From Mobula hypostoma (taxonomy: Eukaryota), in contig NC_086097.1 of NCBI RefSeq assembly GCF_963921235.1, forward strand, positions 3,286,001 to 3,350,000: DNA of 64,000 nucleotides. Reading direction: 5' to 3'. The notes below the pieces were generated by a model, which was not told where the DNA came from, did no database searches, and was given only the letters and a program-made list of their open reading frames with translations. Shown in pieces: positions 51,577-64,000 of the stretch. The position numbers were made by a program, and so were the translations under genes. Numbering within the stretch: the stretch's first letter is position 1; each line of letters opens with the position of its first letter.

Positions 51577-53082
51577 CACCAGAAGACTTGCGTTGTTTTC
51601 CCTTGAGCGACGGAGGCCGATAGGAGATCTGATAGAGGTTTACAAGATGATGAGAGGCATAGGTAGAGTAGACAGACAGTATCTTTTCCCCAGGGTCGAA
51701 ATCCCTAATACCAGAAGCCATGCACATAGAACATAGAACATAGAACGTAGAACATAGAATAGTACAGAACAGTACAGGCCCTTTGGCCCACAATGTTGTG
51801 CCGACCCTTAAACCCTGCCTCCCATATAACCCCCCACCTTAAATTCCTCCATATACCTGTCTAGTAGTCTCTTAAACTTCACTAGTATATCTGCCTCCAC
51901 CACTGACTCAGGCAGTGCATTCCACTCACCAACCACTCTCTGAGTAAAAAACCTTCCTCTAATATCCCCCTTGAACTTCCCACCCCTTACCTTAAAGCCA
52001 TGTCCTCTTGTATTGAGCAGTGGTGCCCTGGCGAAGAGGCACTGGCTGTCCACTCTATCTATTCCTCTTAATATCTTGTACACCTCTATCATGTCTCCTC
52101 TCATCCTCCTTCTCTCCAAAGAGTAAAGCCCTAGCTCCCTTAATCTCTGATCATAATGCATACCCTCTAAACCAGCAGCATCCTGGTAAATCTCCTCTGT
52201 ACACTTTCCAATGCTTCCACGTCCTTCCTATAGTGAGGCAACCAGAACTGGACACAGTACTCCAAGTGTGGCCTAACCAGAGTTTTATAGAGCTGCATCA
52301 TTACTTCGCGACTCTTAAACTCTATCCCTCGACTTATGAAAGCTAACATCCGATAAGCTTTCTTAACTACCCTATCTACCGGTGATGCAACTTTCAGGAA
52401 TCTGTGGGCATATATCCCCAGATCCCTGTGCTCCTCCACACTACTAAGTATCCTGCCATTTACTTTGTACTCTGCCTTGGAGTTTGTCCTTCCAAAGTGT
52501 ACCACATCACACTTCTCTGGGTTGAACTCCATCTGCCACTTCTCAGCCCACTTCTGCATCCTATCAATGTCTCTCTGCAATCTTCGACAATCCTCTACAC
52601 TATCTACAACACCACCAACCTTTGTGTCATCTGCAAACTTGCCAAACCACCCTTCTACCCCCACATCCAGGTCGTTAATAAAAATCATGAAAAGTAGAGG
52701 TCCTAGAACCGATCCTTGTGGGACACCACTAGTCACAACCCTCCAATCCGAATATACTCCCTCCACTACGACCCTCTGCCTTCTGCAGGCAAGCCAATTC
52801 TGAATCCACCTGGCCAAACTTCCCTGGATCCCATGCCTTCTGACTTTCTGAATAAGCCTACCATGTGGAACCATGTCAAATCCATGTAGATCACATCCAC
52901 TGCACTACCCTCATCTATATGAAAGAACTCTATCAGGCTTGTTAGACAGGATCTGCCCTTCACAAAGCCTTGCTGACTGTCCCTGATCAGGACATGATTC
53001 TCTAAATGCCCATATATCCTATCTCTAAGAATCTTTTCCAACAGCTTTCCCACCACAGACGTAAGGCTCAGTGGTCTATAAT

Positions 53083-53371
53083 GTATTGGCATGTGGCCAA
53101 GTGGTTAAGGTGTTCATCTAGTGATCTGAAGGTCGTTAGTTCAAGCCTTGGCTGAGGCAGCGTGTGTGTCCTTGAGCAAGGCACTTAACCACACATTTCT
53201 TTGCGACGATACTGGTGCCAAGCTGTATGGGTCCTAATGCCCTTCCCTTGGACAACATCGGTGTCGTGGAGAGGGGAGACTTGCAACATGGGCAACTGAT
53301 GGTCTTCCATACAACCTTGCCCAGGCCTGCGCCCTGGAAACCTTCCAAGGTGCAAATCCATGGCCTCATGA
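53083..53371 (+). mobile_element. tRNA-derived CORE-SINE
   Basis: Same head and CORE as 11115-11366; TSD tataat 53077-53082 / 53372-53377. Confidence 0.85.
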
Positions 53372-53800
53372 TATAATTGCCCGGACTATCCCTACTACCT
53401 TTTTTTTGAACAAGGGGACAACATTCGCCTCCCTCCAATCCTCCAGTACCATTCCCGTGGAAAACAAGGACATAAAGCTCCTAGCCAGAGGCTCAGCAAT
53501 CTCTTCCCTCGCCTCGTGGAGCAGCCTGGGGAATATTCCATCAGGCCCCGGGGACTTATCTGTCCTAATGTATTTTAACAACTCCAACACCTCCTCTCCC
53601 TTAATATCAACATGCTCCAGAACATCAACCTCACTCATATTGTCCTCACCATCATCAAGTTCCCTTTCATTGGTGAATACCGAAGAGAAGTATTCATTGA
53701 GGACCTCGCTCACTTCCACAGCCTCCGGGCACATCTTCCCACCTTTATCTCTAATCGGTCCTACCTTCACTCCTGTCATTTTGTTCTTTACATAATTGAA

Positions 53801-55759
53801 GAATGGCCTTATTTATTTAGGGTGCTTGAAATGTTTAATTTTAGCTTGAAATTTATATCCTGGATTAAACTGTTATATCATTCCCCTGTAGCCTCGGTTC
53901 GTACTAACTCTTTAAACTCACCTTTTTTTCCTCTCTTTCGAGGTACTCGACAAGGCTGTCCTTTTAGTCCCCTATTATTTGACATTGCATTAGAACCTCT
54001 TGCAATTGCTATTCGAGAATCTTCAAATATTACTGGGATAACTCGGGGATTAAAGTCCCATAAATTATCACTCTATGCTGATGATTTACTTCTATATATT
54101 TCTAATCCTGAGAAATCCATTCCTGCTGTTTTAGAGTTATTAGCACAATTTGGTTTTTTCTCAGGTTATAAATTAAATCTTAGTAAGAGTGAACTTTTTC
54201 CGATTAATAAACATCTTCCCTTATATTATAAATTTCCATTTAAATTGATTAATAATTATTTTTCATATCTTGGGATTAAAATTACTTGTAAATACAAAGA
54301 TTTATTTAAGACTAACTTTTTACCATTAATAGACCATATTACTCAACTTTCATCTAAATGGTTTCCCTTATATTTAACTTTGATTGGTCGTATTAATGCA
54401 GTTAAGATGTTTTTTTTGCCAAAATTTTTATATGTGTTTCAGGCATTACCAATTTTCGTTCCAAAATCTTTCTTTGATAAAGTTGACTCTAAAATTTCTT
54501 CATTTATTTGGCAGAATAAGAATCCGAGACTGGGTAAAATACATTTACAGAAAGCTAAGAGAGATGGAGGTTTAGCATTACCTAACTTTAGATTCTATTA
54601 TTGGGCTATTAATATTCGACATATGAAATTTTGGTTACTTGACCAGGACATACTATCTATTCCTAAATGGGTAGCATTGGAATTACAATCTGTTCAGGGT
54701 TATACACTTGGTTCTATTTTAGGTTCCTCTCTTCCTTTTGATTCGAAACGTCTTAAGCAGGTCTCTAACCCGATAGTTAAATATGCTTTGCGCATTTGGT
54801 TTCAATTCAGAAAATTTTTTGATCTTAATCAATTCGGGTTAGCGATTCCTATTTTAGGTAACATATTTTTTCCTCCCTCTTTTACGGATCGCGCTTTTCA
54901 AACTTGGAAGACTAAGGGTATTTTACGGTTTTTGGATTTATTTTTAGATGGTTCCCTTATGTCTTTTGAACAATTATCTAATAAATATAACTTATCAAGA
55001 ATACATTTTTTTAGATATTTACAAGTTAGAAATTTCCTAAGTACTATACTTTCTTCCTTTCCAATGCTTCCTCCTACATATATTTTAGATTCGATAATTA
55101 ACCTCAATCCATGTCAGAAAGGTGCATCGGCTATGATTTATAATATTATTATGAAACTTAGGAAAGCTCCATTTGATAAGATTAGGGTAGATTGGGAACA
55201 GGAATTGGGGCTTACCATTTCTGTGGATGATTGGGGGCAGATTTTACAATTAGTTAATACTTCCTCTATTTGTGCTAAACATTCCCTAATTCAATTTAAA
55301 GTGGTTCATAGAGCACATATGTCCAAAGATAAGTTAGCGCGTTTTTACTCGCATATTAATCCTTTCTGTGATAGATGTTCGGGGCAGATAGCCTCTTTAA
55401 CTCATATGTTTTGGTCTTGCCCTACTTTGGAAACCTTTTGGAGAGATATTTTTAATATTATTTCTAAGGTATTAAATATAGATATCTCTCCTCACCCTAT
55501 TACTGCTATCTTTGGACTACCTAAAATTTCTAGTAATCTTTCCCCTTCAGCCCGTAGAATGATTGCATTTCTTACTTTAATGGCGAAAAGATGTATTTTA
55601 CAACATTGGAAAGAGCTTAATGCTCCAACTACCTTTTTTTGGTTTTCTCAGACGATTTTATGTTTGAATTTGGAGAAAATTAGAAGTAACCTTTATGATT
55701 CTTCATTTAAATTTGAACAGATTTGGGGACCTTTTATTCGATATTTTCATTTAATGTAA
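53801..55759 (+). pseudogene. L1 ORF2 C-terminal part (RT to CCHC zinc finger), about 650 codons without stop
   Basis: RGTRQGCPFSPLLF, LYADDLL, YLGI, GGLALPN, CDRC..HMFWSC; the first ~63 aa of track ORF 53612 are antisense CR1. Confidence 0.92.
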
Positions 55760-56115
55760 TATTTACCCTTCTTGTTTTTTTTTCACTGTTTTTAATGGAG
55801 GTCGGGATTGAGGACGTGATTTTAAGTTTAACTCTGTTTGGTTTCAAGTTAGCCCATTGCTTTGCTTTGCTTTTAGTTAGTTGCACGGTGGGTTTTTTTT
55901 TGGGGGGTTTTTTTTTCTTTTTTTCCATTGATATATATAAAATTTAGTATACTATTATGTTATCTTGGTTTCTTATGTTTAAATTACATTGTTTGTAGTA
56001 TTTTTTTTGGTATTGATACCTTTTGGAATTTTATTATACTTTAACATTGTATTAATGTTTATATGGCTTACCTTTTTTGTATACTTACTCAATAAAAAGA
56101 TTTAAAAAGAAAGAA
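53806..56115 (+). mobile_element. L1-clade LINE, 5'-truncated, young
   Basis: Perfect 16-bp TSD acataattgaagaatg (53790-53805, 56116-56131); aataaa plus A-rich tail. Confidence 0.95.
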
Positions 56116-56299
56116 ACATAATTGAAGAATGCCTTGGGGTTTTCCTTTACCCTACTCGCCAAGGCCTTCTCATGCCCCCTTCTTGCTCTCCTCAACCCCT
56201 TATTAAGCAGTGAGAGGTACCAGGAGACCAGGTATGACTTGCGGAAGGTTATTTCAAGGGCAAAGAGACATTTTGAACCTCTCACTGCTATAGGCAGAA

Positions 56300-58835
56300 G
56301 TTCCCACTTGCTTCAAAAAAGCAACAGTTATACCAGTGCATAAGAAGAATAATGTGAGCTGCCTTAAAGACTATCACCCAGTAGCACTCACATCGACAGT
56401 GATGAAATGCTTTGAGAGGCTGGTCATGACTAGACTGGACTCCTGCCTCAGCAGGGATCTGGACCCACTGCAATTTGCCTATCGCCACAATAGGTCAACA
56501 GCAGACGCAATCTCAATGGCTCTTCACACGGTTTTAGACCACCTGGACAACACAAACACCTATGTGAGGATGCTGTTCATCGACTATAGCTCAGCATTTA
56601 ATACCATCATCCCCACAATCCTGATTGAGAAGTTGCAGAACCTGGGCCTCGGTACCTCCCTCTGCAATTGGGTCCTCGCCTTCCTAACTGGAAGACCACA
56701 ATCTGTGCGGATTGGTGATAACATATCCTCCTCGCTGTCGATCAACACTGGCGCACCTCAGGGATGTGTGCTTAGCCCACTGCTCTACTCTCTTTATACC
56801 CATGACCGTGTGGCTAGGCATAGCTCAAATACCATCTATAAATTTGCTGACAATACAACCATTGTTGGTAGAATCTCAGGTGGTGATGAGAAGGGCGTAC
56901 AAGAGTGAAATATGCCAATTAGTGAAGTGGTGTCACAGTAACAACCTGACACTCATCGACGTCAGTAAGATGAAAGAGCTGACTGTGGACTTCAGGAAGG
57001 GTAAGATGAAAGAACACATACCATACAGGAAAGATATTGGAATGGGTAGAGCATTGGCTGATAGGCAGAAAGCAAAGGGTGGGAATAAAGGGATCCTATT
57101 CTGATTGGTTGCCAGTTACTAGTGGTGTGCCGCAGGGGTCGGTGTTGGGGCCGCTTCTTTTTACAATGTATATCGATGATTTAGATTATGGATTAAATGG
57201 TTTTGTGTCTAAGTTTGCGGATGACACCAAGATAGGTGGAGGAGCAGGAAGTGTTGAAGAAACGGAAAGGTTGCAAAGAGACTTGGTCAGTTTAGGAGAA
57301 TGGGCAAAGAAATGGCAGATGAGATACAATGTTGAGAAATGTACAGTTGTACATTTTGGAAGAAGAAATAATCGGGCAGGTTATTATTTAGATGGGGAGA
57401 AAATTCAAAAATCGGAAGTGCAAAGGGACTTGGGGGTCCTCGTGCAGGATACCCTAAAGGTTAACCACCAGGTTGGATCGGCAGTCAGGAAAGCGAATGC
57501 TATGTTGGCATTCATTTCAAGAGGAGTAGTGTATAAGAGTAAGGAGGTGTTGATGAGGCTCTATGGGGCACTGGTGAGACCTCATTTGGAATACTGTGTG
57601 CAGTTTTGGGCCCCCTATCTTAGAAGGGATGTTCTGATGTTGGAGAGAGTTCAGAGAAGATTTACGAGGACGATTCCTGAAATGCAGGGGCTAACATATG
57701 AGGAGTGTTTGTCGGCTCTTGGACTGTATTCATTAGAGTATAGAAGAATGAGAGGGGGATTGCATAGAAACATTTCGAATGTTGAAAGGGTTGGACAGAG
57801 GAGATGTGGAAAGGCTGTTTCCCTTGGTGGGTGAGTCCAGGACAAGAGGCCACAGTCTTAGAGTTAAAGAGTACCCAGTTAAAACAGAGATGAGGAGAAT
57901 TTCTTTTAGCCAGAGGGTCGTGGATTTATGGAATTCGTTGCCACATACAGCTGTGGAGGCCCGATCATTGAGGGTGTTTAAGGAGGAGATTGATAGGTAT
58001 CGAATTAGTCAGGGTATCAAGGGATATGGGGAAAAAGCTGGAAACTGGAACTAGATAGGAGAATAGTTTAGCTCATGATGGAGTGGCAGAGCAGACTCGA
58101 TGGGCCAAATGGCCTACTTCTGCTCCTTTGTCTTGTGATCTTGTGATACCAATTCTCATAGAGGGATCAGAAGTGGAGAGAGTGAGCAGGTTCAAGTTCC
58201 TGGGTGTCAAGATCTCTGAGGATTTAACCTGGTCCCAACATATCGATGCAGTTATAAAGAAAGCAAGACAGTGACTATACTTCATTAGGAGTTTGATGAG
58301 ATTTGGCATGTCAACAAATACACTCAAAAATTTCTATAGTTGTACCATGGAGAGCATTCTGACAGGCTGCATCACTGTAGTATGGGGAGCTACTGCACAG
58401 GACCGAAAGAAGCTGCAGAGGGTTGTAAATTTAGTCGGCTCCATCTTGGGTACTAGCCTACAAAGTACCCAGAACTTTCAAAGAGCCTTGTCTCAGAAAG
58501 GCAGTGTCCATTATTAAAGACCTCCAGCGCCCAGGGCATGCCCTTTTCTCACTGTTACCATCAGGTAGGAGATACAGAAGCCTGAAGGCACACACTCAGT
58601 GAGTCAGGAACAGCTTCTTCCCCTCTGCCATCCAGTTCCTAAATGGACATTGAACCCTTGGACACTACCTCACTTATTCATATATATTATTTCTGTTGTT
58701 TGCATGGTTTTTAATCTATTCAATATACACATACGTAGTTATTTATTTATTTTTTCTAGATTATGTATTGCATTGAACTGCTGCTGCTAAGTTAACAAAT
58801 TTCATGACACATACCGGTGACAATAAACCTGATTC
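56300..58835 (+). mobile_element. Rex1 LINE RT and 3' end split by CR1
   Basis: ORF 56336-56908 [27 protein letters not shown]; resumes at 58146. Confidence 0.92.
57024..58145 (+). mobile_element. CR1 3' fragment
   Basis: ORF 57037-57834 KFADDTK; TSD atacca 57018-57023 / 58146-58151. Confidence 0.92.
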
Positions 58836-59229
58836 TAGTTCAGCACATCACTGTGGGTCGAAGGGCTGTTCTGTTCTGTTCTATGTACTACATCACTGTG
58901 CTCTCCCTCCTTTAAATAGTCAAGTTTACAAATTCCTCATAGTTTGGCTCTATATCCTGTATTGAAAATACTCTTCTGGCACAGTGACTATGATTTGAAT
59001 TTGGTTCCTGTTAAGATAATAATCTGAGAATGTTCCATCCAAGCGTTTTTATATGGTGTGATTTGAAGGATGTATTCTAAACAGCTCACACTGACCTTTT
59101 CGAACAAAGCTCTAGCCAGCCAATTATCCAAATAAGGTTACGAATGGAAATCCTCAAGCTGCAGGTGGGTTGCCTGCACATGGTGTTTTCGTCACGTCAT
59201 CTATGATTAACTCTCTGAAACATACACTT

Positions 59230-59710
59230 CCAGTGCAAAGGCAGTTCCTAGATGATGTTTTTTGAATTGTTGAACATTTTAGAGGGATGATGTCTTTCTT
59301 TTACGGGAGCACCATTTGAGTGTCCCTTCTGGTACGGGAATTGCAAGGCCTCTAGCCCTAAGAGCTGACAAAGTTTTGTGAAGACTGTTGAGAGGATCAT
59401 CAGGGTCTCTCTTCCATGCAGTACATCTGAGATCTTTATCAGGAGTGCTGCATACATAAGGGCCTTAGCAATGTCAATGATCCCTCCCATACATCCACCA
59501 ATCTCTTTGACCCCCTATCATCGGGCAGGAGGTACCGTAGCAATTGGAGAAGGGTTGCTAGTATTGGAGACAGCTTCTTCCCCCAGGCTGTGAGACCACT
59601 GAACTCGCTGCCACCACCCAGGTCTCATCATGTATGAAGCACCAGCAGTGTTATACTGTTTACTTTTTAACTTGTGTCATGAATGCAATTATTTGTTAAT
59701 TTATTTGTGG
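59230..59710 (+). mobile_element. Rex-like 3' fragment, old
   Basis: VKTVERIIRVSLP, LSSGRRYRS, SFFPQAVR. Confidence 0.7.
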
Positions 59711-59754
59711 TGACAGATGCTTGTGTAGGAGAATGATTTGCATCTAGTGATCGT

Positions 59755-61785
59755 AATAGTCATAGTCATAGTCATACTTTATTGATCCCGGGGGAAATTG
59801 GTTTTCGTTACAATTGCACCATAAATAATAAATAGTAATAGTAATACTACTATTAGTAAATAGTAATAGTCATGGAAATAATAAATAGTAATAGAATAGT
59901 AGTAGAAAAATAGTAATAAATAGTTAAATAGTAATATGTAAATTATGCTAGTAAATTATGAAATAAGTCCAGGACCAGCCTATTGGCTCAGGGTGTCTGA
60001 CGCTCCAAGGCAGGAGTTGTAAAGTTTGATGGCCACAGGCAGGAATGACTTCCTATGACACTCTGTGTTGCATCTCGGTGGAATGAGTCTCTGGCTGAAT
60101 GTACTCTCCTGTGCCCACCCAGTACATTATGTAGCGGATGGGAGACATTGTCCAAGATGGCATGCAACTTGGACAGCATCCTCTTTTCAGACACGACCGT
60201 CAGAGAGTCCAGTTCCATCCCCACAACATCACTGGCCTTACGAATGAGTTTGTTGATTCTGTTGGTGTCTGCTACCCTCAGCCTGCTGCCCCAGCACACA
60301 ACAGCAAACATGATAACACTGGCCACCACAGACTCGTAGAACATCCTCAGCATCATCCGGCAGATGTTAAAGGACCTTAGTCTCCTCAGGAAATACAGGC
60401 GGCTCTGACCCTTCTTGTAGACAGCCTCAGTGTTCTTAGACCAGTCCAGTTTATTGTCAATTCATATCCCCAGGTATTTGTAATCCTCCACCATGTCCAC
60501 ATTGGCCCCCTGGATGGAAACAGGGGTCACCGGTACCTTAGCTCTCCTCAGGTTCACCAGCTCCTTAGTCTTTTTCACATTAAGCTGCAGATAATTCTGC
60601 TCACACCATGTGACAAAGTTTCCTACCGTAGCCCTGTACTCAACCTCATCTCCCTTGCTGACGCATCCAACTATGGCAGAGTCATCTGAAAACTTCTGAA
60701 GATGACAAGACTCTGTGCAGTAGTTGAAGTCTGAGGTGTAAATGGTGAAGAGATGGGGAAACAAGACAGTCCCCTGTGGAGCCCCAGTGCTGTTGATCAC
60801 TCTGTTAGTCACACAGTGTTGCAGGCACACGTACTGTGGTCTGCCAGTCAGGTAATCAAGAATCCATGACACCAGGAAAGCATCCACCTGCATCGCTGTC
60901 AGCTTCTCCCCCAGCACAGCAGGGCGGATGATGTTGAACACACTGGAGAAGTCAAAAAACATGACCCTCACAGTGCTCGCTGGCTTGTCCAGGTGGGCGT
61001 AGACACGGTTCAGCAGGTAGACGATGGCATCCTCAACTCCTAGTCGGGGCTGGTAGGCGAACTGGAAGGGATCTAAGTGTGGCCTGACCATAGGCCAGAG
61101 CAGCTCCAGAACAAGTCTCTCCAGGGTCTTCATGATGTGGGAGGTCAATGCCACCAGTCTGTAGTCATTGAGGCCGCTGGGGCGCGGCGTCTTCGGCACA
61201 GGGACGAGGCAGGACGTCTTCCACAGTACAGGAACCCTCCGGAGCCTCAGGCTCAGGTTGAATACATGGCGAAGTACTCCACATAGCTGAGGGGCACAGG
61301 CTTTAAGCACCCTGGTACTGACACCATCCGGTCCTGCAGCCTTGCTTGGGTTGAGATGTTTCAGCTGTCTTCTCACCTGTTCAGCCGTGAAGGCCACCGT
61401 GGTGGTTTCGAGTGGGGGAGGGGTATAGTCATGAGAGCAGGGTGGGGGACTGTGAGGAGGGGTAGGAGGGGAGAGTGGAATATGTGTTGGTTGGGGGCAG
61501 GGGTCACAATGTCAAATCTGTTAAAGAACAGGTTAGGTTCATTGGCCCTGTTCCCACTGCCTTCAGCTCCTCTTTTGCTAGTTTGCCAAAACACAGTGAT
61601 GGTCCTCATCCCCCTCCAGACCTCTCTCATGTTGTTCTGCTGGAGTTTCCACTCAAGCTTCCTCCTGTACCTGTCTTTAGCCTCCCTGATCCTGGCTTTC
61701 AGGTCTCTCTGTATTGCCCTCAGCTCCTTCCTATTTCCATCTCTAAACGCCCTCTTTTTAGCATTCAGGATGTCCTTAATGCCAT
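59755..61785 (-). mobile_element. Rex1/Babar LINE (RT) with (atgact)n tail
   Basis: ORF 60462-61397 KAAGPDGV..DFSSVFNII..GAPQGTV..KFSDDSA; ORF 59988-60356. Confidence 0.93.
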
Positions 61786-62034
61786 TACTTTCAAGATAAT
61801 TATGGGAAAGGATAAGTCTGGTCCTCAGGTTGAGATTCTAAATTGGAGATAGTATCAGAAAGGATCTGGCAGTAGATTGGGACAGGCTGTTTTCTGGCAA
61901 AGGTGGACTTGGTCAGTGGGAGGCTTTCAAAGGTGAAATTTTGAGAGTACAAAGTTTGTATGTGCCTGTCAGAGTAAAAAACAATGACTGATGATGACCC
62001 CAACAGACTCACTGGTGAAGTATCGTCCTTCCAG

Positions 62035-62435
62035 GTTAGGCAACACTTCACCTGGGGTCAGCTACTGTATCTGGTGCTCCTGGTGTGGCCTCCCGTATAT
62101 CAGTGAGACCCGCTGTAGATTGGGAGACCACTTTGCTTTGTCTGCTAAAAAAATTGGGATTCCCGGTAGTCACCCATTTCAATTCTACTTCCCATTCCCA
62201 TTCCAAAATGTCAGTCCATGGCCTCCTCTATTGCTAGGATGAGGCTACACTCGAGCTGGAGGAGCAATACTTTATATTCCATCTGTGTAGCCTCCAACCT
62301 GATGACATGAGTTACCCCCTCCTCTCTCCTTCACCATTCCCCATTCCTGTTTATCTCTGCTTTCTTCTCTTCTTCCCTGCCCATCAGCCCCCTTTGGTGC
62401 TCTCCTCCTTTCCATTCTTCTATCCTATCCTGAAG
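62035..62435 (+). mobile_element. Penelope-like GIY-YIG endonuclease fragment
   Basis: GVSYCIWCSWCGLPYISETRCRLGDHF and DEATLELEEQYFIFHLCSLQPDDM. Confidence 0.85.
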
Positions 62436-62524
62436 GATTGATTAAGGATAGGTTGTGTCTAACCAATCTTATAAACTTTTTCAATGATGTTACCTGGAAA
62501 GTTGATGAAGGCAAGGCGGTTTGA

Positions 62525-63180
62525 CGTTTCATTTCTGGACAAGCAGTCCTGGCAAGGGACTACAGAGGAGATCAAAAGTGGGTACTGGAAAAGATTAAGG
62601 ACGAAACTTGACCTACATGTTGGGAGATTGCTCTGATGACACCTGGGGACAGCACATCGATTGCTTGAGGAGAGCAGAGTCAATTGTTAGAGCAGAAAGT
62701 GGGCTTCCACCATCAAAGCCATTTCCTGCAGTCTCACGTCTCACCTACCAAGCAGAGCGACCCCTCCCCTTGTCAGGAAAGTCATTATCTCACAAGAGTA
62801 AGAAATCCTCCACAATGATTAAGTCTAGGCCAGAATGTGACAATTGAAAATTTACGATGCTGTGCAGGTCTGTATACGGTAGTTGTGTTATATATGTATA
62901 CGGTTGAGATGCATTCTTTATTGTGGTGGAGGTTATTGCTAAGCAGGGAGGAGTGTTGTGTATTTGATATTTTAGTAATATTTGAGAAATAGAAGCATGT
63001 ATTAAGCATTCTTGTTCATTTAAATAATTAATTATGGGTTATATGTATAAACATGTGAATTGCATATGTTATCACACTACCATGTGATACATGCATACCT
63101 TGCTTAAAGTATACACCGAATTAGAGAACATTTCTGATTCCCGAGGCTTCCTTTTTATTCCACTTATGAAACCTAAAGCA
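62525..63180 (+). mobile_element. Gypsy 3' end: integrase C-terminal remnant, PPT and LTR (62954-~63180)
   Basis: GQAVLARDYRGDQKWV..WGQHIDCLR; PPT aagcagggaggag then tgttgtg. Confidence 0.75.
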
Positions 63181-63732
63181 CTGTGCAGGCATTGATTCTA
63201 AAAGTTCTCACATCACGTTCACAACATCAGCAAAGCTCATTTTGGATGGTTTGGTTGGGGCAGTTATACACTGAAGCAAAGTTTAAACCCAATATACTGA
63301 GCAAAATTGGTATCGTTTCTCATTGTTATTTCATTAGTTCCAATCATTCAGTACACGAGTCGATTTCCTGTTGTACAATAAAATACGTAATCTTTCTGAT
63401 ATACTGTAGCCAGCCATTTCTGTTTTTTTTTTGTAAGTATTATCACCCGGTACTCACTCTATAAACCCGTAAATTCTTCGGTTTTCTGACTTATTATGAC
63501 CTTTTTTAAGGTCTTCCCTTCCAAAGAATATGCGGTGTGCTGCATTAAAAAAAACACAACTGTCTATGCATGTGCAGAGTTGTTTTTTAAATTCAGCTGC
63601 TCCTTGCTCTTTTTTTGGTTCGAACATCTCTTTGCACTTCAAAACATCAGTAGACATCTCAGGATCGTTTTAATAATAACTTATCACCAATGTTATGTTT
63701 TGTAACTTTAAAACATTAAACTAATTCAAGGG

Positions 63733-64000
63733 AAGTTGATCAGCACAAGTCTTTAGTACTTGGCCAGGAACCCCATCAAGGCCGAATGCTTTTTGTGGGT
63801 TCACCCACCTAAAGGCTGTTCACACATTGGCCTCAGAGACTGAAATCATAGGATCATCTGGCAGTTCCTGATGTTTCCCCACGTTTTGACAGTCAAAGCG
63901 AGCATAGAGGGCAATGAGCTCATCTAGAAGTGAAACCTTGCTCGTCTACTGTATGTCACTTGATTTAACTTTATAAGAGGTGATAGTATTCAAGTCCTGC
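63733..64000 (-). mobile_element. Rex1 LINE fragment running off the window
   Basis: Minus strand SLLDELIALYARFD..VNPQKAFGLDGVPGQVLKTCADQL. Confidence 0.82.

Larger units (their letters stand above)
51727..56205 (-). mobile_element. Young CR1 LINE interrupted by a CORE-SINE and an L1
   Basis: ORFs 51808-52161, 52167-52874, 53366-53779, 56085-56285; same family as 32376-34802. Confidence 0.93.

Noticed and set aside
51300..51623. Repetitive ORFs (SQPNPAH..)
   Set aside because: Translations of the 22-bp minisatellite
53612..53800. N-terminal extension of the 715-aa ORF as a fusion gene
   Set aside because: It is antisense CR1 sequence upstream of the L1 TSD that happens to be in frame
63454..63705. 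Short ORFs in unique DNA as host exons
   Set aside because: No recognisable domain or convincing splice architecture; lengths expected by chance

Overview
Eukaryotic, repeat-saturated intronic or intergenic DNA. It is most likely a cartilaginous fish, inferred from HER1/HE1-type CR1 LINE tails, V-SINEs and the Penelope-derived repeats. I found no recognisable host protein-coding exon, rRNA, intact tRNA or CRISPR array. Most of the window is nested transposon debris: many CR1 and Rex1/Babar LINE fragments, one RTE LINE with a ~49-bp flanking duplication, a young 5'-truncated L1 with an uninterrupted ORF2, an L2 end, a Tc1 IR/DR element, solo LTRs, V-, CORE- and tRNA-Pro-derived SINEs, and minisatellites. 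Most notable are: (1) Penelope-like element ends carrying minimal type I hammerhead ribozyme motifs; (2) a two-LTR Gmr1-type Gypsy element (SCAN-like Gag, RNase H last) whose integrase is deleted; (3) a directional ~450-bp templated copy from 48.8 kb into a CR1 at 33.9 kb; (4) SINE pairs that share a head but have different tails. These are variants of known element classes. I cannot support a wholly new biological system from sequence alone. Boundaries of old fragments are approximate.
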